DNA of 64,000 bases. Source: Pristiophorus japonicus (lineage: Eukaryota). The DNA is taken from the NCBI RefSeq assembly GCF_044704955.1, contig NC_091999.1, positions 19,592,001 through 19,656,000 of the forward strand, read 5' to 3'. A program made the position numbers and the translations under genes. Shown piece by piece: positions 48,510 to 62,344 of this stretch. Each line of letters starts with the position of its first letter. Position 1 is the first letter of the stretch. A model generated the notes under the pieces. That model did not search any database and was not told where the DNA came from. It saw only the letters and a list, made by a program, of their open reading frames with translations.

Positions 48510-50330
48510 GAGGTTGTGATAAAGTGTTATGGTTCATGCGATTGGGTGTAATATATTACTATAGGATGAGGATTGGTTCATGGACAGACAATAACAAAGT
48601 AACAAAAAGCGAGTATTCTTCGAGATGGCAGGGTGCTACTACTGGCGGGCTTATATTCCGGGGCCACTGGAGAAAGAAACGTGCAGCAGCCTGGCCCTGG
48701 GGTCGGGGAGGTCCCGGCTTGCTGGACATCAGCGAGCCGGGGCCCTTGTTGGGAGCAACTTGTGGTGGCGTACCATCGCAGGGAGTAGCGCGTGCTGCTG
48801 CAGGAGGGCGACGGCTTTGAAGAGGGCGACTGGATTTGATGTCACCTTAATCCAGGTCGCTGATTGTAGTGCGGGCAGGTACAGCAGGAGCAGCGAGTTC
48901 GGGTCGAAGGAGCGGCAAGAGTTCATAGAGGGTTGTGATCTTGACCCAGGAGAGGCGAGATTTCAGGGTCCAGTGGCGGCGAGGGCCCAGTGGCAGCACG
49001 GGCCAGCCCACAATTCCATATGTGTGCACACTCGGTCCATGCAGCAGAGCTGGTATCCAGTCGTCTTGATTAATCCTTGCCACTGGACTACGACCTCGCT
49101 CTGTCAAGCCCGTGTGTGTGCAACGACAACCACACGTTAAAAAAATCCATGCACAGGCGTCTTCCACCCTTCAATATGTAGTTCATGACATGAATATTGG
49201 TCGTTCATTGAAACACCTGTGAATGCATCTCTTTTTAGTGTGGAAACAAGTTATCCTCGTTTCGAGGGACTGCCTATGATTATGATGGGTTTTTGGATCA
49301 GCGCATTTGAGTCAGCAATTTAAAACCAATATCAGTTACATTAATGAGGGTACCGAGTGTAATATTTCCAAATTTGCTGATGATACAAAGTAAAGTGGGG
49401 GAGTAAGCTGTAAGGACGATGCAAAGGGGCAGTTAATTGATATAGGCACGATAAGTGAATGGGCAAGAAGGCGGTTCATGAAGTATAATGTATATATAGT
49501 TCCAGTTTGTTTTGGAGAAATGGAAAAGTACAATATTTTGCAAAAGGTAAGAGATTAGTAAATGTTGATATTCAGAGGGGTTTGGTTGTCCGTGTACACG
49601 AATCACGGAAAGTTAACATGCAGGTCCAGCAAGCAATTATGAAGGCAAATGCCATGTTGGCTTTGATTGCATGGGGGTTGAGTAAGGAGGTCTAGATGCA
49701 ATTATAAAATGTTTTTGTGAGATAACGCCTGGCATACTGTATACCATTTTGGTCTCCTTATCTAAAGAAGACTATAGTGCAGATGCAATGAAGTTTCACT
49801 ACATTGACTACTGGCTTGAGAGAGTTGTCTTTTGGTGAGTGATTGGGTAGAATGGGCTTAACTTTTCTGGAGCTTAGAAGAATCAGACGTGATTGCATTT
49901 AAACGCATAGAATTCTTATAGGGCTGGCCAGGCTAGATGTTCAGAGTTTGTTTCCCTTGGCTGGACTGTCTAGAACTAAGGATCACAATCGCAGGACAAG
50001 GAGGTGGCCATTTAGCGCTAAGATAAGAAATGTCTTCACTCAGATGATTGCGAATCTGTGCAATTCTGTACATTAGAGGATTTGGATGCTCAGTCGATTA
50101 GTACATTTAAGACAGAGTGCAATAGCATTTTGGGCACTGAGGCAATGAAACGATATTGGTTAGAACGGCACACTGGAGCTGGTATAGAAGGTCAACCCTG
50201 ATCTGATTGAATATCAGAGTCGGCTCGACGGTCCAAATGATCAAGATCAGCCCTGATCTAATTGACAATCGGAGCAGGCTCGATGGACCGAATGGCCACT
50301 ACTGCTCTTTTTCCTTATGTTCTTATTAGA
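48510..50330 (+). mobile_element. CR1 3' portion interrupted by an RTE-related SINE
   Basis: SKFADDTK and HESRKVNMQVQQAIMKANAMLA; CCTTATGTTCTTAT tail at ~50315. Confidence 0.8.
48645..49286 (+). mobile_element. RTE-related SINE-like element
   Basis: Shared core; tail GTGGAAACAAGTTATCCTCGTTTCGAGGGACTGCCTATGATTATG. Confidence 0.8.
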
Positions 50331-50804
50331 GGAAGTGGTTTATCTCTATCAGCCTTTTAACATTTCAAGCACCTCGTTCAAATCACCCCTAAAATTCCCA
50401 TACTCATTGAAATAGAACGCAATTTTAGGGATAACCTATGTAACCTGTCCTCATAATTAAACCCACGATGGCCCGATAAGAATCTGGTGAATCGTTGGTG
50501 CAGCCCCTCTGATGGCCAATATATCCTTCCTAAAGTGAGATGCCCAAATCTGAACTATGTTCACCATGTACAAAGATCTAACCAGAATGACACAAGAGCC
50601 GGAGAGGGGAATGGAGGTGGTGGTGATGATACAGCGATTATGGCAGGGAATGAAAACGATAGTTTAATTCTTCCCAACGTTTCACTAGATTACGTTGCGG
50701 CTCTTCAAATACTGATCACACAGGCAGTGCAGGTGGAGATAAATCAGAGGGGTTAAGGCTGAAGTGGGCAAGTTCCTCACTGAGTCTCACCATGCGAAAT
50801 TGTA

Positions 50805-51175
50805 TCTAACTGCGCTGAACTGGACTTCTCCACATGTGTAGAACTAGACCTCCCGACACTAAATATATCCATGCTCAACTGGACGTCACCAGACTGAAGA
50901 TCACCATGCTCAACTGAACCTGTCCATAGTTTGTATTACCTTCCTGCACTGGACCTGTCCACACTGAATGCAACTGTGTAGACTGGACCTGCCCAAGCTT
51001 AGTATAACCTAGCTGAATGGAACCTGCACACACTGAGGGTAACCGTGCTGACTGGACCTGTCAACTCTAAGTGTAACCGTGCTGAACTGGACCTATCACA
51101 CTGAGTGTAACCATGCTGAACTGGACCTATCACACTGAGTGTAACCGTGCTGAACTGGACCTGTCCACATTGAAT
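50805..51175. repeat. ~35-bp tandem repeat (TGCTGAACTGGACCTGTCCACACTGAGTGTAACCG)
   Basis: About 10 units. Confidence 0.85.
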
Positions 51176-51678
51176 TTATAGACTCTTGGCTGAAAGTGGA
51201 TGTACAGACGCGGAGGGAGATGGACACGTGCTTAACTTGATACGGGCTGGATAATGAGAGTAGCGGGAACCTAGCTGCGTTTTTCGTCTGCAGGAACAGA
51301 GTTTCTCTGGCCAATTACACGTTTCGCTAAAACCTATTAACTCAGCATTACTGGGTTAAAACCCACGAATTCATCTTGTTCCAGGTTCACTCTCAGTATG
51401 GCAATCACGTATTTAGCTTTTTGTTGTATTTTCGAAGAAATATCATACTGTAATATGTGGGTATTTCACTTTTTCCCGTATCAGATCTGTTTAAAGACGT
51501 TCCATACCATCAAACCATAAACACGCTCTTGGCAGCGGCTGCACTAATCTGTTTGTTTCAATTACTGTCATTAATATAAAAGGCAGGCCATGTGAAGATG
51601 TCCCTGAAGCCTAACATCGGGTATAAATATGACAATCTGTGATTGTCGTGCAGAGCACGCGCAGAGCTTCTGAAAGAA

Positions 51679-51748
51679 ATGCATGGGTCACCGAAAGGCC
51701 TGGTGTTTGCCCTTTACTCTCCTGCCATTGCAACTATCGGGGTTCCAG
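51679..51748 (+). CDS. GPR139/142-like GPCR, coding exon 1
   Basis: MHGSPKGLVFALYSPAIATIGVP + G|gtaaag (70 nt, phase 1); joins exon 2 to give TM1 ...IGVPANVAVIVIL; TATAAATA at ~51622. Confidence 0.8.
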
Positions 51749-52419
51749 GTAAAGTATTTCAGATAATTATTAGTTACAGGAAACATTATCTAATGGTATC
51801 ACCGCTCCTACATACAGGCAATGCTTCTCCTCTTTAACTGGCTCATTTCTGACGATTCAAACTATTTATCCCATTTAACAGAATTATGTTTCCTTCTCAA
51901 CGGAATCACTGCCTAATTTGAGCGTCTGATTCTCCAATTTTTGTTTTAATGTGTTTTCCAGATATTCGCATCTTCAGCGGTATCAGTTTATTTGCTCAGA
52001 GTGATATTTTATTGAAATTGAACAGTATATGTCACTGCACTGTGAGTGGTATCACATTCTTATACCCGTGCACAGATATTTCCTATTGTGTCATAGATAT
52101 TTTTCTTGTGCGTGGTATCACACCAATATAAGCGTGTGCATATATTTGCTATTGTGTTATTGGTATTTATTCTTCTTCCTAGGCAGTCCCTCGAGTCGAG
52201 GATGACTTAATTGTTATTTCATTGTGAGTGTTACTATCACACTAGTATAAATGAACATATATTTCTTATTGTGTTATTAGTATTTCACTATGACTGGTAT
52301 TATCATACTATTATAACTGTGTATGTTCTATGGTGTTATTGTTATTTCACTGTGAGTGGTTATATCGCGCATTTATAACTATGCCCATTTATTTGCTGGT
52401 ACTTCTGTATAATGCATTC

Positions 52420-53670
52420 GATGTTCACGATGTGACTTTGTTTATATTAGGGAGACCAATCGCTTGTTAGGTGATTGCTTTGAACTTCATTCAGTCGCAA
52501 AAGTGAACCTGAGTTCCTGGTCGTCTGTTATTTTAATTCCCCACCCCACTCCTACTCTGAGCTCTCTGTCCTCGGCCTCCTGCAGTGTTGTAATGAAGTC
52601 CAAAGGAAAGTCGAGGAACAGCACATCGTCTTTCGATTCAGTGATTTCGAACTTTCCAGACTCAAAATTGAGTTCAATAACTTCAGATCATAACCACCAT
52701 TTTTTCGGACACCACCTGTTGGTAATGATTCTGCTCTTTCCATTTCATCATCATAGGCAGTCCCTCAGAATCGAGGAAGACTTGCTTCCACTCCAAAAGT
52801 GAGTTATTTGATTAACGAACCGTCCAATACGAGAGCCACAGACCCTGTCACAGGTGGGAGAGACATTTGTTGAGGGAAGCAGGGGATAGTGGGACTGATT
52901 TGCCGCACGCTCCTTCCGCTGCCTGCGCCTAACCTCTTCACGCTTGTGGCATTGAGATTCGAAGAGCTCAACGCCCTCCTGGATGCACTTTCTCCACGTA
53001 GGGCGGTCTTCGGTCAGGGAGTCCTAGGTGTCAGTGGTGGTGCCACACTTTACCAGGGAGGATTTGAGGGTGTCATTGTAACGTTTCCGCTGTCGAGCAT
53101 GCGAACTATGTGGCCTGCCAGGCGAAGCTGATCGAGTGTGGTCAGTGCTTCAATGCTGGGGACGTTAGCCTGGCGAGGACACTGATGTTGGTGAGCCTGT
53201 CCTCCCAGGGGATTTGCAGGATCTAGCCGATACATCTTGTTGACATATCTCCAGCGACTTGAGGTGTCTTCTGTACATCGTCCATGCCTGTGATACATAC
53301 AGGAGGGCGGGTATTGCTACAGCCCTGTAGACCATGAGCTTGGTTTTCCTCAGGCGGCTGCTAGAGACCGTTTGTTTCTTTACTTATCGCATTAGTATCC
53401 CTTTTTGTCTTACACCATTAACCTTTTTGTCATTTAACCACTGCTGCCGTCTACCTATTCACTGACTTTCCCTTTTGTTCTTTCCTTCCCTCGGCCCCTT
53501 TCGCTGCCTCTGCACTTGTATCTCTTATATGTATCCAATTGCGCTGAAAGGTTATCGAACTGGAATGTTAACTCTATTTCTCTCTCCACAGATGCTGACT
53601 GACCTGCTGAGTATTTCCACCATTTTTTTAAATTTCAGATTTCCAGCAACTGCAGTGTTTTGCTTTTGTA
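52420..53670 (+). mobile_element. Penelope-like element fragment (GIY-YIG remnant) split by an RTE insertion
   Basis: YIRETNRLLGDCF...YFNSP resembles the Penelope endonuclease YIGET.R.L..RF..H...HFNS; the 3' part continues at ~53370-53670. Confidence 0.55.
52746..53360 (-). mobile_element. RTE LINE 3' fragment
   Basis: CATCATCATAGGCAGTCCCTCAGAATCGAGGAAGACTTGC tail; QANVPSIEALTTLDQLRLAGHIVRM. Confidence 0.9.
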
Positions 53671-53719
53671 CATATCTTTCCTATTGTCTTAATGTTGCTG
53701 TACGGGGAGTCATATTGCC

Positions 53720-54815
53720 AACAGTAACAACCTGCATTTATATAGCTCCTTAAAATAGTTAAATTGTTCACGGGAGCGTTGTGAAACACATTTTAACACC
53801 TAGCTGCTTACAAAGATACTAGCTCAGCAGAAGTATTAAGAAACTTCTTGAAGGAAGAGGAAGTGGCAATGCTCTCGGAGTGATGCAAGTTGGAGGAAAT
53901 AACATAGATAGGAACGGGTAAAGCTATGAAGGGATTTTCAAACAAGGTTGAAAATGTTTAATTCGAGTGATGCTGGACCAGGACTTAATGTAGTTCAGCG
54001 AGCACTGATGTGGTGGGTGAACGGGACTCTGTTCGTTTTAGGATCAGGGCAGCAGATTTTTAGATCAGGTCAAGTTTTTGGAGGTTGGCAGGTGGGAAGA
54101 CAGACAGGAACGTATTCTAATAGTCAGCCTAGAGGCAACAAACTCGTGGATGAGCGTTTCAACAGCTGATGAGCTGAGACAGGGGCAGAGCCGTGTGATG
54201 TTGCGGATGTGGAAATAGATGGTCTTGGTGATAGAGCGAATATGTGGTTAGAAACTCAATACAGGATCAAATAGGATACAAAATTTGCCTACAATATGGC
54301 CAGCCTCAGAAGGTTGTCAGGCATTGGGATGGAGTCGGTGGCTAAGGAACGGGGTTAGTGGAAGGAAGGAAGACAATGGTGTTGGTCTTCCCAATATTTA
54401 TTTGGAGAAAATATATGCTCATTTAATACTAGATGTCGGACAATCAGACTGACAAACAAGAGAGAGTCGAGGTAGACCTGACTGTCATCAGAATAGATAT
54501 GGAACCTGATGCTGTGCTTTCTTAAGATATCGTGGAGGGTCATCGTGTAGATGAGAAATTAGAGGGGGCCAATTATGGATCCATCAGGGAATCCAGAGAG
54601 AATGGATTGCGAGCTGGAAGAGAAGCAATTGTAGGTGATTCTCTTGCTGCAAGGGCAGTTCCACCCAGCTGGGCGACGGAGAAGAGGCGTTGTTGGTGGC
54701 TTGTGTGGTCAGCCATGACAAAGGCTGCATACATTTAGAGAAGGATGAGGAAGGAGAGTTTTCCATGGTTACAGATACATGGGATGTAACTGGCGATTCT
54801 TATAAGAGCTGTTTC
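53720..54815 (-). mobile_element. L2 LINE 3' fragment
   Basis: Minus-strand ILRKHSIRFHIYSDDSQVYL (YADD-type); AACAACCTGCATTTATATAG end. Confidence 0.75.
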
Positions 54816-54819
54816 AGCG

Positions 54820-55715
54820 CTATCATAACGGTGTGCGCATTTTTACCATTTTATTATTGGTATTTTGCTGTGGGTAAATGATTACACTGTTATGAAGTGT
54901 ACATGGAGTTATATTGTGTTACTGACACTGTCACAGTGGGTAAATTCGTACGCTTGTATCATTGTGTACATGGAGTTCTATTGAGTTACTGATACTGTCA
55001 ATGGGGGTGAATTATCACACTATTATTATTGTTTACATGTAGTTCTGATGGATTACTGACACTCTCACTGTCGGTGAATTATCACACTGTTATCGCTGTG
55101 TACATGTAGTTCTCTTCTCTTCTCAGGCAGTCTCTCCAATCGAGAATGATTTGCTTCCACGCAAAAAAATGATGAGTTCACAGATGTTTCAATGAAGGTC
55201 CTAATATTGCAGGTCCTGAACAGCATATTGAAGGGTGGAAGATGCGTGTTCGTGGATTTTGTTAACATGTGGTGGCCGTTGCACGCCATCCACCACATAG
55301 GCTTGTCAGAGTTAAGTGTGGGTCCAGAGGCAAGGGTTAACCAAGAGGACTGGAGATCAAACTCTGCTGCACGGACCGAGTGGGCCCGCGCCTCTTCCAT
55401 TTTAGTTCTAGTTTTCTATTGGCACTGTCAATGTGGGTGAATTAACACACTGTTGTCATTGTGTAATTTCCATTTGTATAATTGGTATTTTACTGAGGGT
55501 AAATTCTTACACTGTTATGACGGTGGACTTGGAATTGTATTGTGTTACTGACACTATCACTGTGAGTGAATTAACGCACTGTTATCATTGTGTACATTTA
55601 ATTCTATTGGGTTAACGTCACTGTCACTGTGGTTGAATTTTCACGCTGTTATCATTGTGTACACGTAGTTCTATTGGGTTAATGACACTGTCTCTGTGGT
55701 TGAATTATCACACTG
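54820..55715. repeat. Degenerate ~65-bp tandem repeat (related array at ~52030-52400)
   Basis: CACACTGTTATCATTGTGTACATGTAGTTCTATTG...GACACTGTCACTGTGGGTGAATTAT units. Confidence 0.75.
55112..55402 (-). mobile_element. 5'-truncated RTE-related SINE-like element
   Basis: (CTT)-type tail on the + strand, shared core, candidate TSD TAGTTCT on both sides. Confidence 0.75.
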
Positions 55716-56310
55716 TGTACATATACAGCAGGCACCTTAACAGGTTGGCGAAGTACCACCAGCTCTTCCTCCCCAAGATCCTGCAAATCCATTGGCAGGA
55801 CACACGCACCAACGTCAGTATTCTCGCTCAGGCCAACATACCCAGCATCGAAGCACTAACCACTCTCGATCAACTCCGATGGACATGCCACCTGGTCCGC
55901 ATGCCCGACACGAGATTCCCAAAGCATGCACTCTATGCGGAGCTTCGACAAGGCAAGCGAGACCCAGGTGGGCAGAGGAACCGCTTCAAGGATACCCTCA
56001 AAGCCTCCTTTATAGAATGCAACATCCCCACAGACTGCTGGGAACTCCTGGATCACGACCGCCCTATGTGGAGAAAGAGCATCCAGCAGAGCGCTGAGCA
56101 CCTCGAGTCCCATCGCCGAGAACAAGTAGAAACCAAATGTATTTACCGGAAGGAGCATGGGTCAACCCAGGCTTCCCACTCATCCTTCTCTTCAAGCACT
56201 GTCTGCCCCACTTGTAACAGAGACTGTATGTTCTGCAGTCACCCGCGAACTCACTTTTAGAGTGGAAACAAGTTATCCTCGACTACGAGGGACTGCCTAT
56301 GATGATGATG
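55715..56310 (+). mobile_element. RTE LINE 3' fragment
   Basis: KILQIHWQD..QANIPSIEALTTLDQLRW..GGQRNRFKDTLKAS..CPTC; tail GAGGGACTGCCTATGATGATGATG. Confidence 0.92.
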
Positions 56311-57437
56311 CGGATGTCGTTCCATTGTGTTGTTGATATTGGCAGTGTCTGGCTCAGTTCTACAAATTGTTCATTAATTTCGATTATTCGCCAATGAAAT
56401 TTAATTAATTAATTTATTGAAAATACATTATTAGGTGGTGAATTGTTGACATAAATATAAGCAGTGCAATATATGGCCGTTTTATGCATGAATCTATATT
56501 TGCCAAAAACTCACACAGAAGCGTTACTGCTCTCCAACTCTGACTCTCACTGGTTCAGCCTGGCACTTCTCTTCCACATTCGCTGCTGCTGCGAGTTCTA
56601 CAGCGACCGCTGCTGTGACTGGGAGTGCCTTCTGGTCATGACACCTGGCAATGTCCCGGATTGTCCTCGACTTCAAACTTTTCTAGACATGGACTGACGC
56701 CGCATAACTGGTTACATCTCTGATATCTGAGTCACAAAATTTATCGTTCAATATACACTCTCGGACTAAGCCAATCATTTATCCTGACAGCGTAGTACAG
56801 AACAAGTATTGCATTGATGGAGGGGCCTTTTACTTAATGAGTCCTCATCACCTGCCAGTTCCAATGGGCCAGATCGACACCGACGATCCAAGGTGATCAT
56901 CAGCAGCAGAGTTCGGAGTTTGCACCTCGCTGTTTGGGAATATATTTGTGCAAGTTGACTGCTGAATTTTCCAATAGTGAATCATTTTACAGTAATTAAT
57001 CATATTAGAGTGTTTACGGTCAGCAGCAGTACACAATCCATTTTAATGCATTCTTCCTATTTTCTTGTTACTTCTTCTGAATAACCTCTCAAATATCTTC
57101 TGTAAGCGCTACTGAGATGTTATTTTTGTTATCAATCTGATGACCCCATGTTGGTTTCCAGGTTTCCCGATATGTTACTTTTCTCCGTTATCATTCTTTA
57201 CATTATTTTACATTCCGATGTCATTGGCTTGTCAAATGTTTTATCCGGAAGATTAATAAATTACGTAGTCAAAGTTTTAAATTTCACACAGAATCCTGCC
57301 AAATGGATGATTTTGCCTATAGTCGGACCAGTAATATTACTGTTCTCGCTCAATCACACATATTCACTGGCTCTGTCCCTTTCTCACACATATTCACTCG
57401 CTTCCTCTCTGTCTCACACATTCTCTCTCTGTTACAG

Positions 57438-58348
57438 CTAACGTGGCAGTCATTGTGATCCTGCCTCGAGGAAGGTGTGGTCTCTCCAGATGTATCACTC
57501 GGTACCTGGTGGCCATGGCCGTAATGGATCTGCTGGTCATTTTCACCGCTGTGATATTAAACCGGATTGTAGGTATTTATTTCCCATTTAGTTTCTTGTC
57601 CATCACTCCGATCTGTCGTTTCCATGTTGCCCTAATCTATGCAGCCATAGACTGTTCTGTCTGGTTAACGGTCGCTTTCACCTTTGATCGATTTGTGGCC
57701 ATTTGTTGCCAGAAGGAGAAAGCACAATATTGCACCGAGAAAACCGTGGCAGTGGTTATTAGCACGGTCTGTTCAATGAGCTGCTTAAAGAATACCTTCT
57801 TGTATTTTATATATGAACCTTTGTACACAGTTAACAACATACCCTGGTTCTGCAGCATTAGAAAAACATTTTATACATCACCAGCATGGGTAGCATATGA
57901 CTGGATGTTCCACATTTTAACCCCATGTCTCCCATTCATTCTGATTTTACTGCTCAATGCATTGACCATCAAGTACATTCTAGCGGCCAGTAGAGCCCGT
58001 AGGAGACTCCGTGCCAACAGCAATGGAGAGAATCCACACGATCCAGAGATGCAGAAGCGAAGAAATTCCATCGTTTTACTCTTCTGTATCTCGGGCAGTT
58101 TCATCATGTTAAATGTTTTATTACTTAGAACTTTCATCTCTGTCCAGATTGGGAGCGTTAGTTATTTCTCAGGTTCCACTGTCAATGAATCAAATATTAT
58201 CCTGGAGGAATATGGATATATGCTTCATCTTTTGAGTTCCTGCATCAACCCGTTTATTTATGCAGGGACCCAGAGTAAATTCAGAGAGGAGTTAAAGAAT
58301 GGGATGAAATATCCACTGAGTCTCATTGTTAAATTATTTCAATTCTAA
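57438..58348 (+). CDS. GPR139/142-like class A GPCR, coding exon 2 (326 aa with exon 1, intact)
   Basis: Acceptor ctgttacag|; hydrophobic TM segments with YLVAMAVMDLL, WLTVAFTFDRFVAIC, TPCLPFILILLLNALT and SSCINPFIY; no stops. The RGRCGLS.CITRYLVAMA pattern is what I recall for elasmobranch 'GPR139-like' genes, so true GPR139 orthology is not claimed. Confidence 0.9.
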
Positions 58349-58699
58349 ACAGAGTAAAGTATATAATGAATTGTGATCTCCTTTCCCGTATCAGACGGGG
58401 CCTCCGCTCCCAGGTACACAGTCACTCGCTGTAAGGTCCATACCCAATGTGAATTTAAGGATATATGAGCAACAGCGCATTACCGCACAATTCAGTGCTG
58501 TTACCCGTTCTCAGTAAGTTTCCATTTATTTTTTCGGTGTGGACTAAGGCCGTGGTTTATTTCCACATTTAATTCGGAGACCGAGAGTGCGACCACGGAC
58601 CTGTGATAGGAGATCAAGTTTAACATTTTAATCAAATGACCCAACATTCCCGCTGGGAATTGTTTCTTTCTTTAAGGTCGGGCATGCTCTTAACAGGAA

Positions 58700-61600
58700 G
58701 GCGGCATTGTCTGCACACAATGTTCCACTTTCTCTGGGCAATGGGAGCCTGCACTGCTCCCACACATTGTTCACGCTCAATGGGCAATGGGTGGCCGCAC
58801 TGTCGCCACACATTGTTCACATACACTGGGCAATGGGTGCCGGGACTGTCCCCAAACATTGTCACATTCACTGGGTAATGGGAGCCCGCACTGTCCCCAA
58901 ACATTGTTCACATTCACTGGGCAATGGGAGCCCGCACTGTCACCAAACATTGTTTCCACTCAATGGGCAATTGGGAGGCCGCACTGTCCCCACACATTGT
59001 TCACACACACTGGGCAATGGGAGCCCGCACTGTCCCCAAACATTGTTCACATTCACTGGGCAATGCGAGCCCGCACTGTCCCTATACATTTTCCCCCCTC
59101 ACTGGCCAATGGGAGCACGAACTATCCCCACACATTGGTCCCACTCACTGGGCAACGGGAGCCCGCACTGTCACCACACATTGTTCCTACTCACTGGGCA
59201 ATAGGAGCCCACACTGTCCCCACACATTGTTCCCACTCGTTGGGCAAAGACCGCACAGTCTCCACACATTCTTCCCACTAATTGGGCAATGGGAGCCCGC
59301 TCTGTCCCCAAACATTGTTCCCCATTCACTGCGCAATGGGAGCACGCACTGTCATAGAAACATAGAACATAGTTGCAGGAGCAGGCCATTCCGCCCTTCG
59401 ATTCCATACCGCCATTCAATATGGTCATGGCTGATTAGGCAACTTCAGTACACCAACTCCCGACTTCTCTCCATACCCCCTGATCCCCTTAGATGTGACG
59501 GCGACATCTAACTCCCTCTTGAATATATCCAACGAACTGGAATAGCAACTTTCTGTTCTAGAGAATTCCACAGGTTCTCCACTCTCTGTGTGAAAAAGTG
59601 TCTCCTCATCTCTGTCCCATATGGCTTACCCCTAATCCTTAGCCTTTGACCCCTGGTTCTAGTGTTCCCCAACATCGGGAACATTCTTCCTGCATCTAAC
59701 CTGTCCAGTCCCGTCATAATTTTATGTTTCTATGAGATCCTCTCTCATTCTTCTAAATTCCTGTGTGTATAAGCCTAACCGATCCATTCTTTCTTCATAT
59801 GTCAGTGCTGCCAACCCGGGAATTAGTCTGGTGAACCTTCGCTGCACTCCCTCAATAGGAAGCACGTCCTTCCTCAGATTGAGAGACCAAAACTGCACAT
59901 AATACTCAAGGTGTGGTCTCATTAAGGCCGTGTACAGTTGCAGTAAGAACTCTCTGCTCCTATACTGAAATCCTCTCATTATGAAGGTCAACACGCCATT
60001 TGCTTTCTTTGCAGCCTGCTGTAACTGCATGCCTACCTTCACTGATTGCTGTGCCAAGACACCAAGGTCTCTTTCCACTTCCCCTTTTCCTAATCTGTCA
60101 CCATTCAGATAATAATCTGCCTTCCTGTTTTTGCCCACCAAAGTGGATAACCTCACATTTATCCACATTCTATTGCATCTGCCGTGCAGATGCCCATTCA
60201 GCTAACCTGTCCAAGTCACTCTGCAGCCTCTGAGCATCATTCTCACAGCTCACACTTCCACCCAGTTTGGTATCATCTGCAAACTTGGAGATATTAGATT
60301 CAATTCCTTCGTCTAATCATTAAGGTATATTTTAAATAGCTTGGGCCCCAGCACATTGCGACACCTCACTTGTCACTGCCTGCCATTCTGAAAATGAACC
60401 GTTTATTCCAACTCTTTGCTTCCTGTCTGCCAGCCAGTCAATACATTACTCCCAATCCCATGTGCCTTAATTTTGTACACTAATCTCTTGTGTGGGACCT
60501 TGTCAAAAGCCTTTTGATAGTCCAAATACAACACATCCACTGGTTCTCCCTTATCCACTCCACTAGTTACATCCTCAAAAAAAGCTAGAAGATTTGTCAA
60601 GCATGATTTCCTTTAGTAAATCCATGCTGACTTGGCCCGATCCCATCACTACTTTCCAAATGCGCTGCTTTACATCTTTAGTAATTGATTCCAGCATTTT
60701 CCCCGCTATCAATGTCAGGCCAACTGTTCTATAATTCCCTGTTTCCTCTCTCCCTCTTTTTTTTAAAAGTGCAATTACACGAGCTACCCTCAAATCCATA
60801 GGTCGTGATCCAGAGTCCATGGAATTGTGGAAAATAACTAAAAATGCATCTACTATTTCTAGCACCACTTCCTCAAGTACTCTGGGATGCAGACTATCAG
60901 GCCCTGGGGATTTATCGGCCTTCAGTCCCATCAGCTTCCCTGACACAATTTCCTGACAAATAAGGATTTCCCTCAGTTCCTCCTTCCCGCATGACCCTCG
61001 GTCCGTCGTACTTTCGAGAGGTTATAGTTGACTTCCTTAGTGACTGCAAGGGACCTACATTAGTCTTCATTAATCATTTTCTCTTCACATACCTATACAA
61101 GCTTATGCAGTCTGTTTTTATGTTCGCTGCATGTTTACTCTAATAATCTACTTTCCCCTTGCTAATTGAACCCTTAGTCCTCCGCTGCTGAATTCTACAT
61201 TTTTCCCAGTCTCAGGTTTGCTGCTTTTTCTGGCCAAAGTATCTGCCTCTTTCTTTGATTTCATACTATCCCTAATTTCCCTTGTTAGCCACGGTTGAGC
61301 TACCTTTCCTGTTTTGTTTTTATGCCAGACAGGGATGTACAATAGTTGTAATTCATCCATGTGATTTTTTCCTCACGCTTTGTTGCCACTAACTGGGGAA
61401 TCACCGTAATCTCCCCACACATTGTTCCCAATCACTGGGCAATGGGAGCCCGCACTATACCCACACACTGTTCACACTCACTGGGCAATGGGAGGCCGCA
61501 CTTCCTCCACACATTGTTCACAATCACTGGGCAATGGGAGCCCGCACTTTCTCCACATATTGTTCCCAATTACAGGGCAATGTGTGCCCGCACTGCCCCC

Positions 61601-62340
61601 ACACGTTATTCCCAATCACTCGGCAATGGGAGCCTGCACTCTCCCTACACATTGTCCACAATCACTGGGCAATGGGAACACGCACTATCCGCACACATTG
61701 TTCCCAATCACTGGGCAATGGGAGCCCGCACTGCCCCCACACATTGTTCCCAATCACTGGGCAATGCGAGCACGCACTATCCCCACAAATTGTTTCCAGT
61801 CATCTGGGCAATGGGAGCCCGTCCTGTCCTCAAACACAGTTCATACTCACTGGGCAATGACCGCACTGTCCCCACACATTGTTCGCCACTCATTGAGCAA
61901 TAGAAGCTCGCACTGTCCCCACACATTGTTCCACACTCACTGGACAATGGAGGCCCATAATTTCCATACACATTGCTCCCCACTCACTGTATGAATGCAG
62001 ACCGCCCAATCTCCACACGATCTTTTCTTTATCTGGGCAATGGGAGCCCGCACTGTCCCCTCACATTGTTCACACTCACTGGGCAATGGGAGCCTGCACT
62101 GTCCCCTCACATTGTTCACACTCACTGTGCAATGGGAGCCCGCACTATCCCCACACTTTGTTCCCCACTCACTGGGCAATAGGAGCCTGCACTGTCTGCT
62201 GACAATGTTCAAACTCACTGGGCAATTGGAGCCCGCACTATCCCCTCACATTGTTCCCCACTCACTGGGCAATGGTAGTTCGCACTGTCTCCACACATTG
62301 TTCCACACTCAGTGGGTAATGACCATACTGTCCCTACACA
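58700..62340. repeat. ~46-bp minisatellite (CACTGGGCAATGGGAGCCCGCACTGTCCCCACACATTGTTCACACT) split by a CR1
   Basis: Arrays at 58700-59352 and ~61385-62340. Confidence 0.92.
59353..61378 (-). mobile_element. CR1 LINE (ORF2 3' half and 3' UTR)
   Basis: CATAGAAACATAGAACATAG tail; YLDYQKAFDKVPH, RPHLEYYVQFWS and DKSPGPDSLHPRVL. Confidence 0.92.
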
Positions 62341-62344
62341 TTCA

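Noticed and set aside
57148-57441. Hydrophobic 97-aa ORF as the N-terminus of the GPCR
   Set aside because: Different frame, ends in a stop and covers the polypyrimidine tract; the exon at 51679-51748 supplies TM1 in the correct phase.
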